A stretch of DNA of 64,000 bases, from assembly GCA_951406725.2 (NCBI GenBank), contig OX597827.1, forward strand, positions 37,262,001 to 37,326,000. The letters run 5' to 3'. Under the pieces are notes generated by a model. The model had not been told where the DNA came from. It worked only from the letters and a program-made list of their open reading frames with translations, and ran no database searches. Below, one piece after another: positions 1 through 13,224 of the stretch; position 1 is the first letter of the stretch, and each line of letters begins with the position of its first letter. The DNA is from Octopus vulgaris (Eukaryota). The position numbers and the translations under genes were made by a program.

Positions 1-443
1 TTAAAACATATTAATCAGTGAAGACATGAGCATTCCAATGCCATGACACTAACTGCATTAATATTAGCAAGATGCTAATTGAAACCAGACAAGCAAGAGT
101 TTTATAAAAGTGAATATGATATGCATTTTCCATGAATGCAAATAAGCTTTAAACAGAAAAAAATAGAAGCATTCAATAAAAGGAGGAAAAACCTGAGCAT
201 TCCCCTTACAAAATGATGTAAGAAATTATGAAAAACCAATCAGACATAGGACCATAATAAACAGCCAACCTAATCAAAGACAAAGAAAAGGATCAAGATC
301 AGACTGTTGTATATCAAAGAACAGACATACCAGAATTAGGGCAATTCTAGCATGATAATGACATTGGCATGAAACTCACAAAAAAGGATTTTAGTTTAAA
401 TATACCAAACATACATACATGCATACATATGTGTGTGTGAGTC

Positions 444-475
<32 letters not shown>

Positions 476-1279
476 CTGTTGTTCCGTTTCTAATGCAATA
501 GAATGTATTTGCAAGTCACTGAGCAAATGGATGCATTTTTTTATACTACTCATGTAGTACTCATCAAAATATAGGTTTCGTTTCTGTCTCCCTAAATCTT
601 AATCTTTCTATTTCAAATCTTGTTCCATTCTTTTATTTTGTTTTCTTTCAGTTGTTTTTATTATTCCTGCCTCAAGCCTTGTGTCTGTTTCTTCTCGTAT
701 TTCTCCAGTCTTTTGTAGATCTCTGTATTTCCTCCTTCCACCTCTCTTACTCTTGTTGTCACTCATTCTGCTTTTCATTTCTCTTTCCTTTTATTATACT
801 TTCTGTTCACCTGATTGTTTACCTCCCTTGTTGCTGACTACTATCTATTTATATCTCCCTCCCACTCTGTCAATTTGTCATCTATCCACATCTCTTTATA
901 ATTTTCTCTTTTTCTCTCTCCCACCTCTCTCACAACAAACACTGATTTCTCTTTTCCACAAACATACATATCAGAAATAGGAAAATCAGAAACCCAAAAT
1001 GGGACATGTGACTTGGTATTATTTAAAAGTGATTAATAAAACAATCACAAGCATTCAAGAAACATTTATTTGAAGGAAAATAAAAAATATGTTTATCATT
1101 CTACTGTTTTTTATACTTGGCTTTTGTTTGTAGTTCTTATTTTACTGATGATATTTTCAGTTAAAGATATCAATTCTGTTTTGTATCATTGGTTGAAAAT
1201 CAGAACCTTATTTCTCTTTAAAATTACAAACAGTATTTCCAATTAGGATAATTCTAATGATTCTTCACATTGTAGGCCA

Positions 1280-2600
1280 TCTTCAAGAATTTTGCAGTAA
1301 TCAGTGAATCTGATTCATCAACATTAGGTTCACTTTTGCTATTTTGAATTATGGTTATAATGTGAACTAAATCTTCTTTAATCAGCTCTTGTATTGCTAA
1401 CAATTCCTCATTTTATTTGATAAAACCATCTAATTCTTCACTCCCTTATGAACAAACTATTAATCATGTCTGAGTGTAGATTATTTCTTGTATCAGAATC
1501 ATTAGTAGTCAAAGTAAAATGGCATTTGTACATGCATTTAAGGTGGTTTTATGAATTCTATGAATCGCTATTGCAATTATTACCAATCAGTGCATTACAC
1601 TGAATTTGTTCTGTACTTTTGGAACATTAAGGTTTCTTCTTCCACAAGATCCAGCATCTTTTTTTTATATGAATGTTTAAATTTGTCTTAAAATTAAAAA
1701 TTATACCTTGATCTCGTGTTTCAGTTAGTGGTATCAAAATAGATGCTAAAAGAAGAACATTAATGTTAGAGTATGCTAACTAACTGAGATGTGACAGAGC
1801 ATTATCAATTAGTAATAAAATTTTGAAGTTAAAATTTTCTATACATTTCAGCTTCAGAAGCAAAATTTTGATCAAAATAGTTTTTTAATGCTACAACTAT
1901 ACCAATAAACTGTTTTGATTTTTATATTGCATCTCCTATTTGCAGAGTCCTGATAATTAATTAAAGAGTTAGCATAACTCATAATAATAATGTTATTCAA
2001 TCTTTAGAGGTTTTGAATCTGTTGTTTTTTTCAGATTTTGATATATATATTCTCGTTGCCATTTTTTTTTTCTAGAACAAACAGGTTACATTGGCATTAA
2101 ACATTTGTTTTTAAGAATAGAAACCATCTTCATTTATTTTAGCTAATTGTGGTACAAACTCTTCAGCAGATTTATTATTGTTTCATTCACTTTTAGTGCA
2201 CTTTCTTATTATGTAGAAAGGTTACAACTAAAAATTTTCAATGCTTTCTACTCAAAATCTAGTTTGTAATTGATAAGTATATTAATTTGGCATGCTGACT
2301 TGGCAAAAAATTCTTCCAGTTTCTTTGTTATAGAGTAAAACTATTAGTAATCATTTTGGATATTATCTTCTGTCTAAAATAAGACTTTTCCTATTACTAC
2401 ATATTAAGATGCGTATCTTCTTTATTTCTTCTCATTTTTTAGCACTTACTCTAACTAACCCTATCCATTTTGAAGTTAATTTATTATTCTAATTAACATT
2501 TCTAGAAGAGAAAAACAACTGTCTTACATGACTTTAGTTTGCCATTTCAAACTATTACTGCAACTCAAAAATTTTGAAAGAAAAGAAATATTTAAAAAAT
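1280..2600 (-). mobile_element. Decayed pogo/Tigger-type DDE transposase relic
   Basis: Manual minus-strand translation gives KQMFNANVTCLF*KKMATRIYISKSEK, FKTSKD*ITLLL, KILLLIDNALSH and RDQGIIFNFK. These match the Tigger/pogo motifs QVFNADETGLFWKKMP, KDRLTLLL, LLILDNAPGH and DQGII. Many stops and frameshifts; ends approximate. Confidence 0.8.
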
Positions 2601-4119
2601 GGTATATTGACACTCAACAATGACAAAATGATATATCCATGCAGTAGTTTTCATACAGTGGGACCTCATGTATGTAATATATTAGAGATGCTGATTTTGA
2701 ATAGCCTCACAATATTGCTGAAGGCAAGTACATCAGGTGAGCATTCTACATAATAATAATACACATACAGTAGTGTCATATTTATATTACATGGACTTTT
2801 TTTCTCCTTATATTTGATGATTGCTTCATCCTAATCATTCTGATTTAGTTTCATCCTTGCATGTATGCGGATATCCTTCAGCATAGGACTTTATAAAATA
2901 TGAAATGGATCAAAAAGTGAAATGATAGTGAAACATCTATACATGATTGAATTTAAGTAACAAAAGCTTGTACAACACTTTTGCCACTCTGTTGGTCACC
3001 ATAGTAGGTTCCAGGGATATGCATTACAAAATGACCACTACTATTTTGACTGCAAGTCTTATGTCAGAGTATTTTTTTTCCCAGAAGAGTTGCCTTCCCT
3101 GTAGCTTTGTTTGAAATAATGGGAGCCTTCTCTACCCTTGTGAAATCTGTTTAGCCCATTGATGGGACCCTAACAGGTACTACTGTTCTAGGTTAGAACA
3201 AGTCTGGGAGTAATGGTAATTAAGGGTTGATGCTGTGTCCCTCACAACTCCAGAACTCCCAAACTGAAGCTGTGATGACGTTATCACTTTCACAATGGTC
3301 TTGGAGGAAGAGGTTTAAACAAGCTGTATATATTTTATACATTAAATTCTGGCATGCAATTGGCCAGTATGTTTTTACCATGTTGGTAGTTCTGCATTTG
3401 GCGTTGAGTTTTCTCTCTGCCAGAGCTAAGCAGTATGGTATGCTATTGTTCCTATTGAGAGCTTGCTGGTTGGTAAGGTTGATAAGATATATGTATGTGT
3501 GTCATTACTCAGTTTTATTTCAAGATTTCTTGTCAATAGGGAAAGAGTAGGTTTCTAACCAAGCTTCAAGGCTCCTTCATTGGAATTTCAACATCAACAA
3601 CAGGATATTTTTGTATGAATGTATGAATGTATGTATGCACATGTGTGTGTGTGTATTCATTCATTCATTCATTCATTGCTCAGGCATAGGCGTGTGGTTA
3701 AGAAGTTTGCTTCCCAGCACACAGTTTCAGATTTAAATTGTTCCTCCTGATCTGTATATTAATTTGTATATATTTATTTGTTTATTCCAAAATCCCACCC
3801 AGTCTCATGTAGCTTCATTGTATTCTCATCCAAAATGTAAATGAGCACCAGACACACAATGAGGAATTTATGGGCCAGGTTCTGGTGCTGCCTTGAGGGC
3901 AGCTACTTTGAGTAAGCTGCTATCTCCAAGCCATAATCTAGTTGATATTTTTTGAGTTTTTAAAATGCTTTTAATTTTGAATGGATTATTGTATTTCCTT
4001 TTCTGTTTATGCAAACTGTCAAATTTAACCCAAACACCTTGTGTATGAATATATCTGTATGTATGTGTGTTTATGTGTGAATGTGTACTGTCTACTTGTC
4101 TTGACATTGCATGATAGTT

Positions 4120-4315
4120 GCAAGCAACCATCACCATACAAGTGGTCTGTTTGTTTGCAATCCTTTGTAAAAACCTGTCTGACCACAGGAAAATATTTCC
4201 TTGCTTGAAAATAAGAGTTGGCAAATGGGTGGGTATCCGCCCACAGAAAATCTAGTTCAACAGATTCCATCTGACACATGCCTGCATGGAAAAGTGAACA
4301 TTAAAATGATGATCA
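4120..4315 (+). mobile_element. Diverged SINE/RTE-type 3' tail fragment
   Basis: Ends in GCATGGAAAAGTGAACATTAAAATGATGAT, similar to the tail GCATGGAAAGCGGACGTTAAACGATGATGAT at about 46143-46180. Confidence 0.55.
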
Positions 4316-4320
4316 TTTAA

Positions 4321-4355
<35 letters not shown>

Positions 4356-4373
4356 TGATTTCACTCTTGCCAG

Positions 4374-4433
4374 TTGAGTAGATTATACTTGACTGAAGAA
4401 GTCTTATTAGACTGAAATGTATCTGTTACAGTC
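4374..4433 (+). ncRNA. Hammerhead-like core, probably inactive
   Basis: CTGAAGA (4393-4399), a perfect 5-bp stem AGTCT-TATT-AGACT, then GAAA (4414-4417). No clean stem I plus NUH register was found. Confidence 0.35.
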
Positions 4434-5433
4434 TGCTATCTATATCAGGTGCAACAATTATGCGCACATTACATCAGCAATCAAATAATTCACATTAAAA
4501 AAGCAATACACATTTGACCAAAACCAAAACAATGTTCAAGTGAAACCAAGCAAATTGAATACCATACAAAGAAAAGATACACCACTATTTTCTTTATTTT
4601 CAAACATTTCAAGTATCTGATTTTATTAAAGCTGCCTTTCTTGTTTGTTGTTTTCAGATATAGTTTTAAGACTTCAAGTGTGCAAAAGAGTGACTTGATA
4701 AACTTTGATTAGATTATCCATGCATTCAGTTGATACAAAGGCCATAGGGACTATTTGTTTACTAATTACAAGATTAATTTAGTCAAATATTTTTGTCTCT
4801 CTGTGTTACACTTACAAGGTTATACATGTACTTATGTGTATTTAGCATCAAAATAGCTTCACTGAGGTGTATTTTCACAGCCTTTTGTTATACTTTTACA
4901 ACACAAATCAGACTAGAGTCTAGGCTAGCCAAAACAGCACAAGTCTCATAGAATTTATCAATGTTTATGTCAAATCATAAAACATTTCACAAATTATATT
5001 TTACTTGAATGAACAAGAAGCAATAACGGCTGAGAATCAACCAAAATTGGCTGATACATTTATAGGATGTTTATTTCTGAAATCACTTTGAAAACACCAT
5101 CACATAGCTCAAAATCATTTAAAAAATAAACATTATATAAATGTATCAAGCAAATGTTTGATTCTCGGCAGTTATTGCCTCTTGTTCATTGAAGCAAAAT
5201 TTAATTTGTAAAATGCTTTACCATTTGACATGTAAGCTTTGATGTATTTCTCTCAGACTTAAGTGACATGTAGCCAAAGTCTGAGTTCCTAATAAAATAT
5301 CTCTATCAGATGCAACAGTTGTGCATGGATTGCGGCTGTAAAGTAATCATATATTTCACATTAGAAAAGCAAAACAAGTTTGACCAAAACCAAAGCAATG
5401 ATCAAGTGAAACCATATTGAGTACCATGTAAAC

Positions 5434-5500
<67 letters not shown>

Positions 5501-6699
5501 GTGTGTGTATGCAGATGTATATATGTGTGTATGCATATATATGTGTGTGTGTATGTGTGAGCGTGTTTATTTGAAATCATGCACACAGACAACCAAAAGG
5601 TCAAAAGCTTAAAAAACACCTAAAAACACATACCTAGAATATGAGAAATATTTTTACATTGAAGAAGAAGAGGAGGGGAGAAGAAATTGGTGAAATAGGA
5701 AAAGGAATAGAATCAGAAATAAAAGAGAAAAGAAAGAAGAAATGGATAAGAAGGGTTAAGGTAAGAAGACAGAAAAGAAAAGGAAGAAGGTGAAGAAATG
5801 GAAGATGGAAAGGGAGGAGGAGGAGATTATATATGGTGGTAAAGCTAAGTGAGTTGAAGTGGTATTGAAGTGGCATGGAGTTAGAGAGGCAAAATTCACT
5901 AAAATATTTTTGACAATACAAATTGAGCTGAAATCAGCCATAAGTGGATCTAATGCATGGAAACTAGAAAAATGTATTTTATGGCCTGGATGGCACCTAC
6001 CTACAAGCAAACCATGAAACCAGATGCCTTAATGATGACTGCTTCTCATTCTCAATCAAGGCACATATACATATAAAGATACTCACAAATAGATAATCAT
6101 ATATATACAAACGTATACATACACATGTACATGTATGAATGCACAAACACAAACATACACACATATATATTAACATATGCATGTGCAAGCATGAACACTA
6201 TCATCCAGACACATGGTGAATCCTGCACATCTTCCATACCACCAAAGTAGCATTATACATATATAGATAATAACACAGTTGTTACACATATTTGTGTATA
6301 ACTTGGTATTAAAATGCAGCTTGCCTTCTGTTAACTTTTAAACACCCATGCATTTCACAAGTCTCCCACTGACAATCCAGTCAAGTATCCAAGACATGAC
6401 AATTTGTGGGAAAATAGGTTTCCCCCCCCAGAACTGATGCTGTATTTTATCTACCACAGAAAAAAAAAACTTAGCCTTTGCATGATTTGAACTTAGACTA
6501 TGAAGAACTAGTTATTGGTTTGTGACCATATTTGGTCCTGTTTTGTAGGGTTTTAGTCAGACAAATCAAACCCAGTTTTTATTTTAAAATCAGGTACTTA
6601 TTCTATTGGTTACTTTTGCCACACTGCTAAGTTATGAGGATGTACAAAAATCAGCACTGGTTGTCAAACAGTGAGGCAGACAAATACACACATATGCAT

Positions 6700-8499
6700 A
6701 ACATTGTAGGACTTTATTTCTTAGATGCTCCAGGAGGTACTGGGAAAACATTTGTAATTAAACTCCTCCTGGCTAAGGTTCATCAAGAAAAGAAAATAGC
6801 TTTAGCTACTGCTACTTCTGGGATTACAGCAACATTACTACTCAGAGGTTGGACTGCCCATTCAACATTCAAGCTATCTTTACATTTATCTAACAGAGAA
6901 GATCCAGTTTGTAATATATCTAAAAATTCTGCAATGGGTGAACTAATACAAAGGTGTCACTTAACTGTCTGGGATGAATGTACCATGGCCCACTAAAAGG
7001 CTTTTGAAGCTGTGGACAGAACAGTATGAGACATTAAAAATTTTAATTCCATGATGTCATAGTATTATTGTCAGGAGACTTCTGACAAACACTATCTGTT
7101 GTTCCAAGAGGAACAAAAGTGGATGAGCTCAATGCTTCAATAAAGTCTTTTGTATTATGGCACCATGTGAAAACACTTCAACTTTTGACAAATATGTGAC
7201 TGAGGCTATCAAGAGATTAATCAGTTGAACTATTTGCAGAGCAGCTTTTGAAACTCGGTGAAAGGGGAGTTGCAATTGTTGAAGATCAGTTTCTTACACT
7301 CAATCCAATATGTAATTCAGCTGATTCTGTTGATGATTTGGTGGCTGAAATCTTTCTGAATCGTCTTTATAGTTACAACAATACAGATTGGATCTGTGAG
7401 CGAGCTATCCTGGCTCCAAAAAACGTTGCTGTAAATCGCATTAATAATATGCTATTGACAGGGTTGTTGATGATCAGGATATTGTTAACTAGCCCATCGA
7501 ATTTTTGAACTCACTAGAACCACCAGGTACAGCTCCTCATTGTCTTCAGCTGAAAAAAGGGGCTCCTATTATGCTATTGTGTAATTTGTCTCAACCAAAA
7601 TTATAAAATGGTACAAGACTAATTGTGCACAAGCTTATGAGGAACTGCATTGAGGCAAATATTCTCACTGGTTATGGTAAAGGTGAGACCGTCTTCATTC
7701 CTCGCATACCAGTTATACCATCTAATGTCCCATTCCAATTTAAGCAGTTACAGTTTCCCATCCAAGTTTCTTTTGCCATGAGCATTAATAAAAGTCAGCC
7801 AAACACTAAAAGTTGCTGGATTGCAACTTGAACAACCATTTTTTTCACAAGGCCAACTTAAGTAGAGGCATCATGTGTGGGAGCAAAAGTAAATCATTTT
7901 GCTTATGCACCCTGAAATAAAGCAAAAAACATTGTTTATAAAGAAATATTCACTCTTGATGCAACATGAATACTTCAATGACTTAATTTGCCATTACTAT
8001 CATTATATTCAAGAATGAGTAAATTACCTATTTAAATGAACTGTATTATATAATTGCCATTAGTGTATTGATAAATAAAATAACACATACAACTCACTTA
8101 TTATTGTCATACAATAAACAAACAGAAGTTCAGATATGAAATTGATTTTTTTTCTACTTCAGTTATTAAATGTTTTTCTCTTATAAAATACGGCGAACTG
8201 GTAGAAACGTTAGCATGTCGGGCGAAATGCGTAGCTGTATTTCATCTGCCGTTACGTTCTGGGTTCAAATTCCACCAAGGTCGACTTTGCCTTTCATCCT
8301 TTCGGGGTCGATAAATTAAGTACCAGATACGCACTGGGGTCGATGTAATCGACTTAATCCGTTTGTCTGTCCTTGTTTGTCCCCTCTGTGTTTAGCCCCT
8401 TGTGTATAGTAAAGAAATATATATTACTCTCTACTTTGAATGTGACTCCTAAGAAAGAGTAAAAGTAATTACCCAATCAATGACAGGTATTGCTGCTAG
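6700..8499 (+). mobile_element. Helitron 3' portion: Pif1-type SF1 helicase pseudogene and 3' terminus
   Basis: ORF pieces read FLDAPGGTGKT (Walker A), ATSGITATLL..G.TAHSTFKL, VWDECTM (Walker B), RAILAPKN, FIPRIP, QFPIQVSFAMSINKSQ and a terminal NIVYKE. A degenerate hairpin ACCCAATCAATGACAGGT precedes CTAG|T at 8496-8500. Stops and frameshifts are present. Confidence 0.92.
8191..8420 (+). mobile_element. tRNA-derived SINE with Nin/Deu-like central domain, inserted in the Helitron 3' UTR
   Basis: A-box-like TGGTAGAAACG, B-box GGTTCAAATTCC and core GCCTTTCATCCTTTCGGGGTCGATAAATTAAGTACC. Confidence 0.85.
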
Positions 8500-8836
8500 T
8501 GTTAAATAAAGTAAAATCATCTCTTGTCCCACTTTTATATTACTTTATAAGTAATATCAAATAACAGTAGACAGAAAAGCACTCTCAGTAAACAACATAC
8601 TATAGTTTCATAAAGATTGCCTGACATATTGTTTGTGATGTTTTATGATCTTTGACAACAAAGGGCTTCTTGCCACATGTAAATTTCAGGCCTGCCAGTG
8701 AAAACCATTTACAAACTCAGTATGTGTGCAAATGTAAACATTTTCTCATAATACATGTGTGTGTGTGTGTGTTTCTGTGAGTGTATATATACACATATAC
8801 ACATGTATGTATTTATGTATAAATGTATGTATATGC

Positions 8837-8872
<36 letters not shown>

Positions 8873-9387
8873 TCATATGTATGTATATGTGTATATATTT
8901 ATATATATATATATATATATATGTTGAGTGTATGTGCATATACACATGTATGGGTGTGTATACATACATATATCAGTTGATATATTGTGTGTACTTTTGC
9001 ATATACAGATGATTTATAATTCAAGATATAATTATCTTTTAATATATAGACATATATCTCCATATACATACATATGTATGTGCACATGCACTCACACATA
9101 CACACACACATAATATTTTTGTGTGTGCATATATATATATATATTACGTAAATAGGTAGGCAGGTAGGTAGGATAAAATCCTCTTGAAGCACATTGTCTT
9201 ATTTCATTATTACAACCCAGTATGTAGTTGCTAACAGGAAACTCCTTACATGTTTTTCTAATATGTAAAACTGTGATTCCTATTAGTGAATGAAACATGT
9301 GTAATGGGGAATAAATACTAGCAAAAGATTTTTCAAACTTCTTGTTTTGTTTTATATATATATATATATATAATATATATATCATAC

Positions 9388-9830
9388 ATAGCCAAAGATA
9401 AACCTCTGTACTTGGCTTTTGTTGGCTTGGAGAAAGCCTTTGACGAGGTACCCTGGTCCCTTATCTGGTGGTCAATGTAGAAACTAGTGATAGATAAGTG
9501 GTTGGTGAGAGCTGTACAAGCCATTACAGGGATGCTACCAGTAAGATGAGGGTTGACAATGAGTACAGTGAAAAATTCTGGGTACACACAGGGGTTCACC
9601 AAGGATCGGTCCTCAGTCCCCTTGTTCATCAAAGTCCTCCAGGCAATAACAGGGTAATTTAAAACAGGCTACCCCTGGGAGCTCTTCTGTGCTGATGACC
9701 TAGTTCTTATAGCTGAATCATTATCAGAACTAGAGAAGTATCAGGTATGGAAGCAAAGTCTAGAATTGTGTAGCAAAAACCAAAGTGTAGCAAAAACCAA
9801 AGTAAGTAGGAAGACAGAAAAACCACAAAC
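9388..9830 (+). mobile_element. RTE-clade LINE reverse transcriptase fragment
   Basis: Translates to KPLYLAFVGLEKAFDEVP, GVHQGSVLSP and WELFCADDLVLIAES (degenerate YADD). Contains stops and frameshifts. Confidence 0.88.
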
Positions 9831-10439
9831 CAACACACAGACGTACACACACATACACACATATATATATAGTGCATTAAAAGTCAGTTTGAATCTTACT
9901 TGCTAGCTTGCAATGTTACCAAGCTAAACTGGCGCATAATGGGAAAATGCTATGAATTAAGTTTACACTGAAATGTTAATACGAATGGAATGAAACAAGT
10001 TTTGCATAAATCAGTAAGAGACTTGCACTTCTTTATGCAGCTGTTCTCATCCATATGTATCACATGACCAAACAAATGCAGTTTTGCACACTATATCTAA
10101 TGCCTCTTTTGCTCAATTATCTTCTCAATAAATTAACACTTTGCTGCACATGCACATGGATATTGCACATCTATTGAAGCATACTAGCATTTTGCCTTCT
10201 GCATTTACAGCCCATGTCTTACTACTATGTAACATTATTGTTTATACACAAACATCATACAATCTACCTTTCATGAGAGAAAGAGAGAGAGACTATTTGT
10301 TGCCAAAAGGGATGATAGCTCTTTGAACCTCCCCTATCCTATTCTTATTCTAGCAACTATACCTTCAGAACATCCTCCTCTACTTCTAATCAGGTTATCT
10401 AGGTAGTAGAATCTATCTTCTATTTCTACAGAGGCTTCT

Positions 10440-10745
10440 GGGCATTTAAAAAAAATCTATTTCCCATGTATCCTTAGAGTTTATTGTTCATATGCATCTA
10501 CTACATAAAAACACTACTTTTTCCATTAACATTCAAGTGATCCCATTGCACCTCTTATATTTCCATAGCTTGCATTTGGTATACCATACGGAATTCTTGT
10601 ATACACCTTTCCTACATTCTGAGCTGGGCCATTTATCTAAAGGGAGTACAGTCCTGTCTCTTTCTTTGCTTACTTGGACTTTAGTACTTTGCTAAGTTAA
10701 CTTTAAGTTCCTTTGATTCCAGGTTCTGCTCCATACCTGGAATTT
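10440..10745 (-). mobile_element. RTE-clade LINE fragment (post-RT region)
   Basis: Minus strand reads QVWEQNLESKELKVNLAK, KWPSSECRKGV.KNS and CKLWKYKRC. It overlaps the QVWKQSLE end of the 9388-9830 copy. Confidence 0.7.
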
Positions 10746-11768
10746 CTTTCCTAATCTTATGACAGTTTTCTATGAGGAGGAGATCATCAGAATGTAGCAA
10801 TTCTCAGGAGCAGCTGGTCTTAAATTCCTCTGTTGTAGTTTGGAGTACATTGAAAAAGAGGAGATTGACAACCAAGCCCCAGTGAACTCTGACTTGTACT
10901 CTAAATTCATTGCTGAATTCCTGGATAACTCTCATCTTACTGGCAGCATCCATTCATCAGTGTCTAGCTTCCTCAGAAACCACCATCTACCTCTCTCTCT
11001 TACACTTTTCCTCCCTCTACAACACTGTCTTTCATTCTCTCTCTTTCTGTATATATCTCTCACGCATTCTTCTCTCTCCCTCTCACTCTCTTGATATAAC
11101 ATGATGCATGTCAGTCAGGAGACTGTCTCTGACTGTTTGTCCCTCTCTCTGTTTTTTACATTTTTCTCATTGTGAACTTCCTCCTGTCTATATATTTACC
11201 ACACTCTCACAATCTTTTTCTGTATATCTCTCATGCTCTGTGTGTGGGTATGTGTGAGGAATTTCATTAAAGCAACATGTGTTGAAAGAACCTCCCAAAG
11301 CATCAGCAGTGAGTTGATGAGACACATGAACAGAGAAGAAATGGACTTGATGTTATGCAAACATGAGCCTCTGTCACACAATCTCAGGAGACATCTGAGT
11401 ATAGGATGCAGTGATTAGATGATAAGCACACAAGAGCCTCTGTCACATAGGCTCAGGAGATGATGTCCCATTTCATTCAAGTTCAATTTCCAGTGCATCT
11501 TAGTTTGGCCATTTGTAATTGCAAGAGAAAGCATTTTTGGTTGCCAGTTTTAATCTTGAACAGTCCTGCTTCACATTAGATGTTCAAGAGTAGGAAGTAA
11601 GAAAAATCATTACATCTATGCACCCAATGTAAAAACTTTGTTTGTTGAGATATTATAAATAATGCAGAAACCTGTCCTGATCAAGAGGCTATCCATGGAA
11701 TAAAAAAAATTAAAAGAAAAGCCATTCTGCCATGACAGTTATCTAGCAATGATGGGCTACTCAGCTAG

Positions 11769-11799
<31 letters not shown>

Positions 11800-11801
<2 letters not shown>

Positions 11802-11921
11802 CTGTAAATTAATATGTTACCATTATTCAATAGCCAAGATAAAACTCTGATGGATTTCCACATCCGAAACTCAGAGTTTTATCTTGACTATTGAATAATG
11901 GTAACATATTAATTTACAGAT
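11800..11921. repeat. Near-perfect palindrome (about 50-bp arms, 20-nt spacer) at the end of a Penelope-like repeat
   Basis: 11800-11850 is the reverse complement of 11871-11921 with one mismatch. The spacer is TGGATTTCCACATCCGAAAC. Confidence 0.9.
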
Positions 11922-12340
11922 AAATTTCCTCTACTTACATAATATTGAGGTCTCTTTCTTTCTTTTGTTATCTTACCGTTTTTACCAATATATATATATA
12001 TATATATATATAAAGTAGAATAACTCTCGATTGGCTGAGAGATAAAGATAATGTAATAAAAGCCACTAGTCTGGTATTTCACAAGACTTGTAGATTTTAT
12101 TATTATAACTCTGTGTGTGTGTGTTTGTGTGTGTGTAATTATAAGATCCAAAGATCTAGATGTAGGAAGTTAGTAAGCTTTGAGCAGTCCGTAGTTGGTA
12201 TAAAAGACAATTTTCAGGAACAATAATAGTTTGTTGATGCAGAAGGTAGTAGGCTTTTTCCATATCAAAGTTTGCTAAACTGTAAAAAGTTTTTTATAGC
12301 TCACGGTTAGCAACTAGGGTTGCTATGAATAGAAATAAAA

Positions 12341-12678
12341 ATCCAAACTGAGGGAGTGGAGTATATAAAATCCAGGCTACATATGTTTCCTAGCTAGTAG
12401 ATTCTCAGAAGTAATAATTACTCAGTGAGGGGTACTCCACTAACTACTCATTGGGCCAAAGATACCTTAGTTATCTAAAGGTTACATTATTTCGAGTTAT
12501 ATCCCGAGCAAGTTACCTTAGGATTTCTAACGACAATGTAACCTTTATATAACTAAAGTATCTTCAGCCTGATGAGTAGCTAGTGGAGTACTCCTCATTG
12601 AGTAACAGTTATATCAAAAGATCTGTTAGCTAGAAAACATATGTAGCCTGGATTTTACCTGCTACACTCCCTCAATTT

Positions 12679-12682
<4 letters not shown>
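12341..12682. repeat. Fold-back element with about 150-bp inverted arms, each carrying a hammerhead-like motif
   Basis: ATCCAAACTGAGGGAGT..AAAATCCAGGCTACATATGTTTCCTAGCTA..AAAGGTTACATT is mirrored by AATGTAACCTTT..TAGCTAGAAAACATATGTAGCCTGGATTTT..ACTCCCTCAATTTGGAT. Confidence 0.88.
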
Positions 12683-12720
<38 letters not shown>

Positions 12721-12745
12721 ATATATATAGTTGTGTGTGTGTGTA

Positions 12746-12800
<55 letters not shown>

Positions 12801-13224
12801 GTATGTGTGTATATCTATATCTGTGTGCCTATTTCTGTCTGTCTGTCATCTGTCTGTCTGTATGTATGTATGTATGTATATATTTATACATGTGTACATA
12901 TGCATGACTGTATGAGTTGTTTTATATATCCATGATATCAGCCCTGAAAATGCTTGCTACATACTGAGAAGGCCTCTAGATGAATATATATTATTACATT
13001 TTTCTTATAAATATTCTCTTTTTTCTCTTTTAACTCTACAACTACAAATGGATAATATTCCATACCGTTATTTTTCTGTTACCTTAATAGTTCTTTGATA
13101 CTAAAACTAAAAACATCAATAATAATAATAATAATAATAATGGTGGTGGTGGTGGTGGTGGTGACAATGATGATGATGATGATGATCTGAATAATCAAAG
13201 AAAGAATCAATCAATTATATTTAA

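Noticed and set aside
4650-4715. Exon after the strong acceptor TTGTTTTCAG
   Set aside because: No convincing donor, and only a short frame before stops.
6634-7831. Host PIF1 helicase gene
   Set aside because: Intronless, multiply disabled and followed by a Helitron-type CTAG terminus.
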